From positions 434,001 through 498,000 of IMG/VR virus record IMGVR_UViG_3300033145_003233: a DNA stretch of 64,000 nt. One strand, given 5' to 3'. The notes beneath the pieces were generated by a model. It saw nothing but the letters and a program-made list of their open reading frames with translations, was not told the origin of the DNA and did no database searches. Positions 48,487 through 61,400 of the stretch are shown one piece after another (the stretch's first letter is position 1; the number at the start of each line of letters is the position of its first letter). The position numbers and the translations under genes are program-made.

Positions 48487-51400
48487 CTATAATATATTCA
48501 TAACTTCTAAGGTAAGATTATCCAAACCATCTATTATTATTCCATTCAAATTGCCAAAACTATCTTTGTAAAATACTCTTATTAAACCATTCACAGTAGT
48601 ATAAGCATAAACCTGTGTGTCAGAATCTACTTCAAACCTCTCATCAAATCTTTCTAACATTTCTTTATCATATGGGAAACGAATAAATAGTGAAGAGTCA
48701 GAATCATTTATTCCATCATCTATTTCCCCAATTTTTACTCCCTTTATATTATCGGGGATTTTGCCAACTAAAAATATAGGTCTATGTACAGTATCTTCTG
48801 TAATCTTAAGATGTTCTCTCATCTGATCATCATATTTATTCCCGCTTGAATCATAATAAGGGAATAACAGATCAGAATAAAAATGCCGTATAAACAGCAT
48901 CCCATAATGAAAATATAATACTGATACTAAATTAGTATTATAATCGTTTCTAACTATTTGTATGTTCTGTATTTCTTCTGATAAACCTCTATTTAACTCA
49001 TCGTCAAGATAAGTCTTATGAATCACTTGTTCTTCTATATCATAGCTCCAAGTAAAATAATTATCACTTCTTTTAACAGATAATTTGCCTTCTTTTAACA
49101 TGAATAAACGAAGAATGCCTTCTCCATCTAAATAAACCGCGTACGGATTACCCTCAAAATCACCCTTCATCTCATTTGTATTTCCAGAAAATTCAAAACG
49201 AGGAATTTGTTTTTTATCAGTATCAAAAGTAGCAGGATTAGGTGGATCTTCATTATATATATTAATATTATCTCTAATCTCTATTTGATCCTTAAAATAC
49301 TCATCATCAAAATATCCATCAATAAAATAACTTGGAAAACGCCTAAGAGAAAGACCCTCCGTAGAATAATTCCCCCAATAAGCTCTCTCTGGATCATCTA
49401 GAGACTGGTCGTAATCCCCCACATCATAAGAAGAAGGAACTGCATATTCTACAAAAGCATCCTCTTCAACTAGTAAATTAGTATTAATCCTTTTATACAT
49501 CAAAAAAGAACCATTAAGAGTGTAAAAAAGATGAATATAATCAGAATTAACATCTTTGATAACAAAAGGCATACCAGCAAATTCTCCCTCAACCAGCCTA
49601 ATTAAATCCCTGTGAATTAACCATTCTTCTCCATCATTAAGAGAAGTAGCAACATCAATATTACCAGAAGTTGTATTCGCATAAAAAACTAACAACTCTC
49701 CCATCCCATCATATACAACTGCACTTTGACCAGATTTTATCTTATAACTGTCCAAATCAAGTTGCAGAGTACTATTGGGATTACTTACCCCTACAAATCT
49801 TCCATCTATTTTTGTTATATCTATTTTCTTCCAAAAAGCACCTAAGAATTGGACAGGACCACCATAATAATAATTAAAATCAACAATCATTTTGGTTGTT
49901 CCATCGATAGTAGCTCCAGACTTAAAAACCCTAAAATTACTTACAGAACTTTCTGTTTGCTCAAAATAAAAAGAAATATATTTTTCTTTCTCCGTCAATG
50001 TCTCATAATTAGCATAAGAAAATTCTATTTCCAATCTCTTAACATACCAATCAGATGGAATAATTAACTTAGGAGGATCATCATCAAAATCAAGATTAAA
50101 AGCAGAACCAGTTCCATCATACAATTCTTCTGTCCACCAAAAATCTCCCTCTTCTATATCCTCCATTCTACAAATATTAATAATATCATCTGCAACAGGA
50201 GAACCGTGGCTATAACTAGGTCTATCCCCCAATATTCTATTTTGACCTACTATTAAACTGCCATCATGATTATAGGCATCTTTTACATGACTTTTAGAAG
50301 TATCGATATGCAATGCTTGCAACTGACCCTCAAAAAAGTCATCATTTAATTTATGATATGACAAACCATAATTAACATTTTCATCATTAAATGCTAAAGT
50401 AGATGCCCCTATATAATTATTAGTATCTAAAGATATGTTATGGGGAACAAATGGCTGTGTATCAACATATATCCAGCTATAATTATCTAAAGAATTCCCT
50501 GCCATTTTTTCAATATATACCCTCGTTCTTCTTGTAAAATTTCCACAAAAATAAGGAGTTTCAGCTTTCCAGTAACTTTCTATTGAAGCCCCACTAGGTC
50601 TCCATTCAAAAACTTCATTCTCTATATGATCCACATCATACCAAGCCCCTGGACCTTCACTTTGAGCATCATAGTTTTGAGACCAATAATTATAAGAATG
50701 TATATGAAATGGCTCTTCACAAGAATAAGATTTTAATGGTTGGGCATTAGCTGTTTCAAAATCTATGAAAGATAAATCATAATATTTAAGATCTATAGAA
50801 GAACTCAAAGACATAATATCTAAATGGGAAATCCCGACCCCAGAAGTATCAGAATCATCACTATATGTGCTAACATTTTTCAAGGCTTCAGCAAATGGCC
50901 TATAATAGGGAATTTTTTCTCTATCGAATAACAAACTATTAGCAACTTCAGATATGTCAAATAAATACCCAGGCTCTCTATCTAAATCTATTCTGTTTTC
51001 TATGGATATATTTAAATCAGATGGCAGATAAGATCCATCAGTTCCTGAAGGATAAGTAAAATCTAAACCTTCCAAATAATCTGTAAACCAATCCTGATCT
51101 CTTATCTCAGATCGTGGAAGCATTACTGTGATATCTCCATCATCATATAATAATACTCCTCGATAATCCGCCGCCCAGAATTTCTTTACACTAGTAGAAA
51201 TAGATTCTGATAATCTCCATCCCTCTATTTCATCTGCCACATCAGTAAGATTAAAATCGTCTTCTTCTCTTTCTCTTCTTTTTATTGTAAAATAATTAGA
51301 TGAAGCAAGAACGTAATCGCTATCAGAAGAATAATAATCTTCTAATAAATCTATATTATATATAGTTAACCCAGTTGGTAATTTAGGAACTTTCCATGTC

Positions 51401-52449
51401 TTTATTTGATAATTCCAAGCATCTACATCACTAGCTATGGCCCCTATAAATCCTGAGATACCAATAGTATTGCCCTGACCTATCTTGCCCAGATGAGATA
51501 AGTTCTGCCTAAGATGCCTATTAGAGGCAACTGAATAAGTAATATAAATAGTTTCCCCTATAACTAAATCAGAAACATCTATTCTAATTTGTTTATCTGT
51601 AGCATCTATACCAGCTACTCCGCTCAATTTATAAGGATATGCTTTACCTCCAGAGGCATCATAATTATCTCCGCGAAACTTTAATTTTCTTTCATCTCTC
51701 ACTACCTTTATAAATAGCTGTTCTTGATCCTCATATTTAACATCTTCAAATTTTACCTCTTCATCTCCAGCTCCTCCGAACAACCCATCACTATCTGTAG
51801 CCCCATCTATCCTTTTTCTCCTTGACCCCCTCCATGTTCCATCACTATATTTTCCCAATATATCTAATTGCTCAGGAGTGAAAGGAAGACCAACCACCCT
51901 ATCAACATTATTTTCATCTTCTTCTTCTGTAATTATATGCCTCTTTACTATACCGAAGACAGAAAGGGGATAACTATTTAAAGAAATGATTCCAGTATCT
52001 AATATTTGTTGATTGACTTTGATTGGATAATTTATTTTAGTTTCTGCATCAAGTAAGTGTAAGGTTATATATGTCAACCCAGATGTTACCCCCCCAAATC
52101 CCATAGATGGTAATGCAAAATTACCTATCAAACCCATCATAGGAATAAAAGAAAGAGCACCAGGAGATATGGGATTCCGAACTGCGCTTTTCATTACCTT
52201 ACTAAAATCTATTTCAACTTTTATTTTACTGGCCGGTAATAATTTCTTTCTTTCTACTACTTTGATAATATTACCATCTTCATCCCTATCAACTATATAA
52301 ACAGTTCCTTTAGGAGGATTTTTTAATCTGTTAATATTGAATGTATCAACAGGAACATATTCTTTATTGATAGATGTTTTTATATAGCCATCTCTAATTA
52401 AATCGCTATTATCATAACAAAGATATGTTCTTCTATTATTAAAAGCCAT
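48487..52449 (-). CDS. Large virion protein immediately downstream of the tape-measure-like gene (distal-tail position), with Asp-box/propeller-like C-terminal part
   Basis: Gene position; VATSLNDGEEW Asp-box; IHLFYT, LRLFML and IRVFYKD blade-like strands. No family recognised. Confidence 0.45.
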   Translation of the reverse strand: MAFNNRRTYLCYDNSDLIRDGYIKTSINKEYVPVDTFNINRLKNPPKGTVYIVDRDEDGNIIKVVERKKLLPASKIKVEIDFSKVMKSAVRNPISPGALSFIPMMGLIGNFALPSMGFGGVTSGLTYITLHLLDAETKINYPIKVNQQILDTGIISLNSYPLSVFGIVKRHIITEEEDENNVDRVVGLPFTPEQLDILGKYSDGTWRGSRRKRIDGATDSDGLFGGAGDEEVKFEDVKYEDQEQLFIKVVRDERKLKFRGDNYDASGGKAYPYKLSGVAGIDATDKQIRIDVSDLVIGETIYITYSVASNRHLRQNLSHLGKIGQGNTIGISGFIGAIASDVDAWNYQIKTWKVPKLPTGLTIYNIDLLEDYYSSDSDYVLASSNYFTIKRREREEDDFNLTDVADEIEGWRLSESISTSVKKFWAADYRGVLLYDDGDITVMLPRSEIRDQDWFTDYLEGLDFTYPSGTDGSYLPSDLNISIENRIDLDREPGYLFDISEVANSLLFDREKIPYYRPFAEALKNVSTYSDDSDTSGVGISHLDIMSLSSSIDLKYYDLSFIDFETANAQPLKSYSCEEPFHIHSYNYWSQNYDAQSEGPGAWYDVDHIENEVFEWRPSGASIESYWKAETPYFCGNFTRRTRVYIEKMAGNSLDNYSWIYVDTQPFVPHNISLDTNNYIGASTLAFNDENVNYGLSYHKLNDDFFEGQLQALHIDTSKSHVKDAYNHDGSLIVGQNRILGDRPSYSHGSPVADDIINICRMEDIEEGDFWWTEELYDGTGSAFNLDFDDDPPKLIIPSDWYVKRLEIEFSYANYETLTEKEKYISFYFEQTESSVSNFRVFKSGATIDGTTKMIVDFNYYYGGPVQFLGAFWKKIDITKIDGRFVGVSNPNSTLQLDLDSYKIKSGQSAVVYDGMGELLVFYANTTSGNIDVATSLNDGEEWLIHRDLIRLVEGEFAGMPFVIKDVNSDYIHLFYTLNGSFLMYKRINTNLLVEEDAFVEYAVPSSYDVGDYDQSLDDPERAYWGNYSTEGLSLRRFPSYFIDGYFDDEYFKDQIEIRDNINIYNEDPPNPATFDTDKKQIPRFEFSGNTNEMKGDFEGNPYAVYLDGEGILRLFMLKEGKLSVKRSDNYFTWSYDIEEQVIHKTYLDDELNRGLSEEIQNIQIVRNDYNTNLVSVLYFHYGMLFIRHFYSDLLFPYYDSSGNKYDDQMREHLKITEDTVHRPIFLVGKIPDNIKGVKIGEIDDGINDSDSSLFIRFPYDKEMLERFDERFEVDSDTQVYAYTTVNGLIRVFYKDSFGNLNGIIIDGLDNLTLEVMNIL

Positions 52450-52467
52450 AAGAATATATTTTCATAA

Positions 52468-55400
52468 TTAGGCAGAATATGTACCTAGGGTCTCACTCAT
52501 CATACCAGGAACTGCTTCATGCAAAGCAGTATTTATTCCCTTTGCCACCTTAGTAGAAAGGTCATTTAAACCAGATATATTTATATCAAATCGTGCATTC
52601 TCTAAAACAACAGTAACAGTATTAGCTGAAGTAGGAGCAGATATTAACCCCTTCTCTGCTTCTGAGAAAACAGGTTTTGTGGGATCAGTACCATAAACAC
52701 TTTCTGTAGGTATTAATAATTGTTGACCTCTTGCCGAAACCTCAGAAGTTACCCCTTCCCTACCAGGACGACCAACTAAATCAGCCCCCACTTTAACTTC
52801 TTGAAGAGCTTCTCTCTCAATAGCTACCTTAACTTCTTGAGGAGCTTCTCTCCCAACAGCTACCTTAACTTCTTGAGGAGCTTCTCTCCCAACAGCTACC
52901 TTAACTTCTTGAGGAGCTTCTCTCCCAACAGCTACCTTAACTTCTTGAGGAGCTTCTCTCTCTCCTGGCATTGCCTCACCTGATCTGAGTAAGCCAAACA
53001 TTTTAGGGGGCATTAATTGCTCCCATCTCCCAAACTCCTCCTCTTCTCCTATTCTTGGAGGCATCCTGCGTGTCGGCCTTATTGTTCTCCCACCACCTCT
53101 TCTACCATCGTCCCTACTTAAGCGATGTTCCATTCTTCTTTCAGAACGACTAGGACGAGGTTGATATTCTCTCCCCATCATAATATCTAACCTAGTACGT
53201 CTGCCCTCCCCTGCTTCCCTGCCTCTTGCTCCCCTACGGCGAGAAACTTTAGGCCCGACTCCTCTTTTGGCAACAATCTTTTCTTGTTCCCTTTCCCTTC
53301 TTTTCTCCCAATCAACATATCCTTCTACTTCTCTAACTGCTCCTGGAGCAGCAGGAGCCTCTGGAGGTACAACAGCAATCCTTGCAGTGTCCTCAGATGG
53401 AACTATAATCGTCTGGGGAGCAGGCATGGTGGCCACTTCTGTTCTTCCAATTTTCTCTTGCTCTATCTGAAGACGCGAACGTTGAGCAAATAGTCCCTCA
53501 CGCTCACTGTAAACAGTTTCTAATTTTCTTTTTGTATCATCACGACCTGCTTCAGCGGCCTGAGCATATTGAAATGGTGGCTGATCTTTTAACCCCTCAA
53601 TTTTACTATCATAAACTCTCCTATTCTTTTCCCACTGTTCCCTATTCGCTGCCGCATCTGCTATTAATTCATCCGAGAGATTTTTAATTATGTCCCCAGA
53701 GGCCTCTCCCTCTTTAATAGTCTTTGCATGAACCTCTCTAGACCATTCCTTACCAACTCCAACCCCCGTTTCTCTTTCCATCCTAACCAATACCCCTTCA
53801 TCTTCATCTGATCCAGATTCCTCATACTGCTTAAATGCTTGAAGATACATATATGATGGAGTCTTCTTCTCTCGTTGTGTTTTTATCTTCTTTCTTCTGA
53901 TAGCCTTTAAACTAGGCGCTCCAATAGTAAACCCTGGAGGCACACCTTCATATTTTTCTATTTCTTTTTCTTCTCTAGGCTCCTCTCGTATCATTAATGC
54001 CACTTTATCAGCTTGCTCCCTGAGTGTCTGTATCTGTGCGGCAATTTTTGCTCCTTCATCGCGAACTTTTTGTCTAGCCGCTTCGCTCTTACCAGTTAAA
54101 TCTAATTTTCCCTCTAAGGTTATAATTCCAGTATCAGGAGCATAAAGAATATTTTCAAGATGTGTCATTTCTCTATTCTTAGTCTCTATAACTTTATCTA
54201 CATCTTGAATTTCCCTAGTTTTACGCTCATATGGAGCCTGTATCTCCTTAGCTTTATCAAGATATTCAGTTGATAATCCAGAAGCAACTAAACCAGGTTT
54301 ACCACCCTCTGCAATTATCTCTTCCTCCCTACCCATAGCAAATTTACGACCAGCACTCTTACTTACTTCTTGCTCTAACTGAACCGAGGCCAATGCCATA
54401 ACACTACCCTTCTGTTCACTAGCAGATTTTTTATATTGACTAAGGAATCTGGAAATTATATTACCAAGCTCATCATCAAAATCTTCTTGAGCTATTCCTA
54501 AATCTTTTTGAGCTTTTGCGACTACCCCATGGGCAACACGAATCTCTTTTATACTCATACTGCCACTACCCTTTAATCCATCATAAACATTTTTCATATC
54601 TGAAACATTATTGGTAGCTTCCTGAACTGTCTTCCCGAATTCTCCTAATCTATCAATAGCTCCATTCATTTGATCAAAATCAAAATCTGGAGAAGTATAA
54701 ATGCCTTCCCTAATTCTATTAATTTCCTCTTTCGATAAAATCCCATCAATAGACAACTCCTGTAAAAAACTAGATGTTTTTTCTGCCTTATTTATAAAAG
54801 CCTGGGTATTAGCTACTATATCTCTTGTTGAGCTATAGACATTCCCGAAATTAACCAGCAAATCTTTGAACCTAACATCCTTTGTTTCTATTTCCATAGC
54901 ATCAACAATTGATTTTAGCTCATTATAAATTCTATCATAATTCTTTTTCCCTATATCTAAAGTAATAACAGGAACCTTACCAACTCCCTCTACAATCTCT
55001 TCTGCACTAGTTGCAGTCCCTATAATGCTCTCTAAGAAATTAGAAATCGACACTCCTGTTTCTTCAGAAAAATCATTAACACTCCTATAAAATTCAGAAA
55101 AATATTTAACAAATTGTTGCTTGTCAAGATTTAAAGCTCTAGTAGCTTCATTAATTTCTACCTCAATATTGGGGAATAACCTTGCTAGCTTATCCATAGG
55201 CAATCCTATATCTATACTCTCTACTCCCTCAGGAATATGAATAGCCGACAACATCTTCTGAGGAGATCTAATATATGTCTCGAAATCTTGATGAAACTTA
55301 ATAAGACTGCTCATCAAGACTCCTTTATCAATCTTATCGGGATCAATAATTTCCTCAAAATCCACTCTTAATTCACTAATAGTTTCATTTATTAACTTAT

Positions 55401-58400
55401 CTACTTCAGAAAAGTTTAATATATATTTTGCTGTTTTGCCAATAACTCCTATATTCTCGGCATTAATTCCCAGCAAGGTTTTCTCAACTAAATCCAAAAC
55501 CCTGTTCTTGTATTCATCAATACGAGTCTCAACAAGCCCAAGTTTACCAACTGGTTCATAAATAGCCTGACTAATAGAATCAAAAATATCCTTTATAGAA
55601 GATGTGTTAATTTCTGTTCCAGCCTCATACTCTAAATATTTTTCTACATCTTTCAGAACTATCTCTGCCCTCTCTGGTCTATTTTTAACATCAACAGCAG
55701 CAGTAAATAAATGAGGCATTTCTTTAATTATCACTGTAACTATATCAGGAGGTAAACCATCTTGTATTTGCCCACTAATGCTTGATAATATTTTACTTGC
55801 AGAAAAAACCATTTGTTCTTTAAAATCATCAAATTTTTCTCTAGGGAGTTTTATATCAGCAAAAGAATCTTTAACAATTTTACCAAAATCGACATTTAGC
55901 TCAGGGGCCTTCTCTCCAGCAAATTTATTATATAAATCAGCTATATCGGAAATTGATATACCCATTTTAAGAGACATATTACTAGCGGCCGTATTTAATT
56001 CATCAAAACTATTTACAAATTTAGCCTTGTCTGAAGCATCAACAATCATCATAGATTCGGCAAGAGAATCTAATAAATCAGTCATTTCTCCAACTGGAGT
56101 CTGAACATCAGGTTGGACATAAGACTTAGCTATATTCTGAAGAATAATAGTTGGAGTATCTGTTATTTCTATATCCACTTCTTTAATTTTTTCATAAAAT
56201 TTTTGCAAATTACCCAGTACAGCAGTAGCTTTTTCTGCTGGCACATTCATCTTATCCATATTAAACAAAACAGCCAACTCCGGAGGTTCACCAATCGTCA
56301 CATCTTCTTTTCGATATAGCAATTTTATAGCTTCTACATATGCTTTGACTCCCTTCCAATCTAATTCTCTATCATCAATAGGAACCAATATAGCATCTGA
56401 CAATTCCTCAACCTCAAACTCCACCCTAGGAATACGCTTAGTAACACCCTGCATCGTAACTTCTTCAGGCATTCCTTGAAGTAAAATATCATATCTATAT
56501 TTTTTATCAAACTCATCTTTTGCTGTTAATTCTATAAATTCAGGAACATTCTTTGCTATTAACTCAAGAGCAGAAACATTATTGGGTAATGTTATATCTG
56601 CAAGGCCCTCAAATTTGGTTTTAAGGACATTAGAAATACGCTGTGCAGAATCAACTGCCGCCTCTTTTATTTTTATAATTTGAGTATCATCTAATCCCCA
56701 ACTCTTACCCACTCTTTTTAATCTATCATCTAGGGAACTACTAAATCTAATAGCTCTAGCTAATACATCATCAAATGGCTGGCTAGTAGCTAATGAAATA
56801 TCTGTTATCTTTCTATTTAAACCACCAAAATCCGTAAGAAGTTTAGTTGTGCTTATATTCATACTAGTAGCCATCATATTTAATTCTTTTGTAAGATCTG
56901 GAGTTGGTAATTCCACTTCAAAAACCTTATCAACATTAGTTATAAGAACACTAGGCCTCCTATCAGTTCCCTCTACATCTCCGACAACATGATATGCTTC
57001 TTCTGTTAAATCCAAAATAGTAGAAACATCAACTTCTTGAGGCAACTGAGCATTTAATAATATAGAATCAAGAACCTGAGGTAATTTAAAAACAACTTCA
57101 GTAGGAAGCTTAGACCAGTCAGCTAAAATACTAAACTCAGTAACCAAATTCTTAACATACGCCTCTGCTTCTAATCCTCTTAAATTCTGCTTATCAAGAT
57201 CAAGAGCTACTTCTCTAGGAACTTGACTTAAAATTGCCGTGACAGTAGGCACATCTATAGCTCTTAATCCTATTTTTTCAGGAGCATCCTCTACTACAGT
57301 TTTTACTTTTCTCTCTATGTTTTCAGGATCTCCATATAACTCTAAAACTTCTGGTATTGATTTTATAATTATCTGCCTATCTTCTGAGGATATATCATCA
57401 AATGTTTTCTCAAAAACTTTATCAACAACTTTATTTAACTGAGGATTTATCTCATTTATAGCCATAATATTATGACTAAACGCCTTCCCCAAAGAAATAT
57501 AAATGTCCTCCATCTTTATTTCAGATGCTCTTTTTATTTTATCAATTCTACGTTCATCAATATTGAAATCGGAAAAAATATTATCTATCTTATTAGGCCA
57601 AGATTTCATAGCATCAAATATTTCATCAACAGAACGACCCGTTGCCATAGACATCTCTTTGATACTATTAAATACTGGAGAAAAATCTGATTCAAACTCT
57701 ATTTCACTATCATATCCCAAATTCCTGGCCACAACAGGAAGCATATCAGGAATTCGGATATCAGCAGTAACTTTATAAACATCTTCAAGACTCTTAATAA
57801 TCACATGAGCCTCTTCTGGCTTCTCAATCACCTTAGTTTTTAAAAGAACTTTCTCTATTTTATCCGGAAATCTCAAAACAGCAGCAGAAGGCTCTCCCCT
57901 AACCTTAGTAGGCATTGCCACAATAAGCTCTGCTACATCATAATATGCCTCTGCTTCTATATCTCTTAAATTACCATCTTTAACAGGGACCTTTATAGTT
58001 TTCGCTATTTCTGTTAATGCAAATACTGCATCAGGCATTTTTTCTAATCTACCTTCTATTGTCCCAGGTAGCTTAGAAATATCCAAATCTACTATTTGCT
58101 CTGGCTTACTCTCTGCCAGCATAGAAACAACACTTGGCAGAGCCTCATATAAAACATCTATCTCTAGATTATTTAACCCTTGGATCTGTTTTTCTATAGA
58201 TCCGAAAATAGCAGTAGATTGTTTAAAAAGAGTAGCTTGAACTTTTTTAATACTATCAGGATCTACATCCCTTATCTCAATAGAAGAAATTGCTGTATCC
58301 AACTTATTGAATAAGTTATATACATCATCATCTGAAAATTGAAGGATAGGTATCCTAATATCTCCTTCTACTTTAGCAGGTATTTTTATAACTTCTTGTA

Positions 58401-61400
58401 ATAATTTATAATATGCTGTTACTTCTAAACCTCTCATCTCCCCTTCAACAATCGGAATTCTAACTGTCTCAGCAATATCGGTTAACGCTGTTTTAACAGG
58501 AGGAACCTCTGCTAGTTCAACAGGTAACTCTCCAGGAAATGAAGAAATATCTAATAATATTGGATCAGTAAGAGGAGTTTTAGCTGTCATCGCTATAGTA
58601 TGAGGCAAAGCCCTAAAAAGAACCTCTACATCACTGTCGTCCAGCGTCTCAATCTGATCTTTTATTGATTTAAAAATAATAGATGACTGTTCTTTAATCG
58701 TCTCTTGAATATTTTTAACTTCTTCTAGATTTACTTTAGGCACATAAGTAGAGGCGATAACATAATTTAATCTTTCAAAAATTCTCATCACATCTTCTTC
58801 TGGAAATCTCAATACAGTAGGATCAACTTGCCCCTGCACAACAACAGGCATATCTACAACCTGTTCAGCTATATTATAAAATGCCTCTATTTCTAAATCA
58901 GAGAAATTCTGTCTAGCAGGAATTTGGATAGATTTAGCTATCCCCTCTAATTTAACCATAGGTTCTTCTATCTTTTCTAATTTAGCCCTCACTTCATCTG
59001 GAAAATTAGAAATATCTAACTCCACAGGTTTAGTAGGATCTTCGCTTTTAGCCATCATAGAAATAATAGTAGGTAATGCCTCAAATATTACCTTAACATC
59101 CGTATCTTTTAATCCATCAATTTCCTCATGTAATGATTCAAATATAGCTGAAGAGTGCTTTTTAAAAGTATCTTGAACCTTCGCTAAATGTGCTGGATCT
59201 ACTTTAGGAACGTATACGGAAGTAATAAGAGTATTCAATCTATTAAATAAAGCCACTACATCATCTTCTGGAAATTGCAAAACAGATGGCTTTATGTCTC
59301 CCTCTATCTGAGTAGGTAATTTTATAATCTGTTCAGCTATATCATAATATGCCTTAACCTCCACACCACTTAAATCTCCCTCCTCAACAGGAACCCTGAT
59401 AATTCTTGCTATCTCTGTTAACTTTATTTCTGCCCTTGGTATATCTTGCAAGTCAGCAGCAATACCGTCAGGAAACGAAGAAATGTCCAGCTTAACTAGT
59501 GGAGTCGGTTCGCTTTCTACCATCATAGAAACTACTTCTGGCAAAGCCTTAAAAATTACTCTTACTTGCTCATCGTTTAACCCTTCTATTTGTTGCTCTA
59601 TAGATCTAAATATCTCAGCAGATTGCTTTCTAAGAGTATCTTCAATTGCTCTTATCCTTTGAGGATCTACTTTTGGAACATACACAGAAGTAATAAGATT
59701 ATTTAACTCTGTGAAAAGATTATATACATCTTGCTCTGGGAATTGTAAGATAGAAGGCTTAACCTCTCCCTCTACTATAGTTGGTATTTTTACAAATTGC
59801 TCTGCCACCTCATAATATGCTACTACTTCCAGCCCGCTGATATCCCCCTGTTTCACAGGAACCTTAATAGTTTCCGCTATCCCTGTCAACAGGATCTCTG
59901 CATCTGGTATCCCGAGAAGCTTAGCCTTTATTTCATCAGGGAATTTAGAAATATCCAAATCAACATCTTTTTCAGGCTCACTCTTAGCCAGCATAGATAC
60001 AACATCAGGCAAAGCATCGAATATAACCTGAATATCAACATTATCCAATGCCTCTATCTGTTTATTTATAGATTCAAAAATAGCTGATGATTGTCGAATA
60101 AGAGTAGCTTGCACCTTTTTAATACTACCAGCATCAACATCGGGAATACCAACAGATAAAATAATGTCATTTAATTGCCTAAAAGTATCAAAAACACTGT
60201 CGATAGATACATCAGCGCTATCAGAAATGTCCTCTATTATCTTATAGATAGGAGAATAATCCATTACAAATTGATCACTTCTAATCCCTAAATTACTAGC
60301 AGCAGCATTAATAGATTGTTGCAATCTAATAGCCACATCTGTAGTTGCCTCCTCAACTCGAGAAAATACCTTTACTAACACATCAAATGGATTCTCTTCT
60401 ATCTCTAATTCGCTCTTAAGAATATCTCTCCATCCTGTAAAAATTAAAGCAGATTTTTCTGGCGGAATATTTTCCTCAACAATTTTACTAACAAACTGAT
60501 CCCTCCATCCTGATAATTTCATTGCAACTTCTTCTGGAGGTAATATACCATATTTAACAAATTGATTGAAAGAATCAATAGCATCATATATCTTTGTGTG
60601 AAGATAAATAGGCGGAGCTTCTTTATATACAGCTTCCTGCCTAAATGAAGAAACATAATTTTCCACAAAAGTTTCAACTCTTTCTGGAGGAAGATCTTGA
60701 TATTGCACAGTTGATCTGAATTCTTTAATTATTTCCTGAATATAAGCAGGAATATTTTCAGGAGGAATTTCATCATAATAGATATGCTGAACAAATGATT
60801 TAATATAATCGCTAATAAGGCCAGGAACTTCTTCCTCAGGTAACTTAAGGTATGTGGCTCTTTGTGCGAAAGCTTCTATAGATCCGTCTAGAAATATTTG
60901 TGCTTCTTTAGGAAGATCAGGGTACATAGCATATTGGGTAAACGATTCTTTCAGCCGTCTTAATATAACCTCAAACCTAGTTTTTGGGACATCTTCGTAA
61001 GTAGCATATTGAGTCAAGTCCTCCATAACATTTCTTATCGAAGCTGGAATATTACGTGGAGGAACTTCCCTATAATCTACTACTTGCCTTAACGCCGACA
61101 TCGAATCCTTAATTATCCCTTTAATTATCTCTGGTGGGAAATCCTCGTATGTAACACGTTGCACGAATGCCGCTTTTGAACCTCTAATAAATGCCTGAAC
61201 TTCTTTAGGAACATCTTCCTGATAAATTGCCCATTGGTCAAATGCCGTTTCAAAATTATGCATCACACCGACTACACTACGAGGAGGCAATTCCCTATAA
61301 ATAACTGACTGTCTTAAATATTTTAAATATTGTTTTACAAACCCAGGAATCTGACTGTCAGGCAACTCGCTATATAAAATATTCTGAACAAAAGATTTTT

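Noticed and set aside
5143-52449. Cellular S-layer or secreted adhesin cluster
   Set aside because: No N-terminal signal peptides, lipoboxes or C-terminal anchors were evident in these proteins, and no secretion genes are present.
52793-52960. 36-bp direct repeats as a possible CRISPR array
   Set aside because: The units are head-to-tail with no spacers and are in frame within a CDS.
52801-52983. Plus-strand 60-aa ORF (SFSPNSYLNFLR)n
   Set aside because: Antisense shadow of the tandem repeat, with no SD or independent support.
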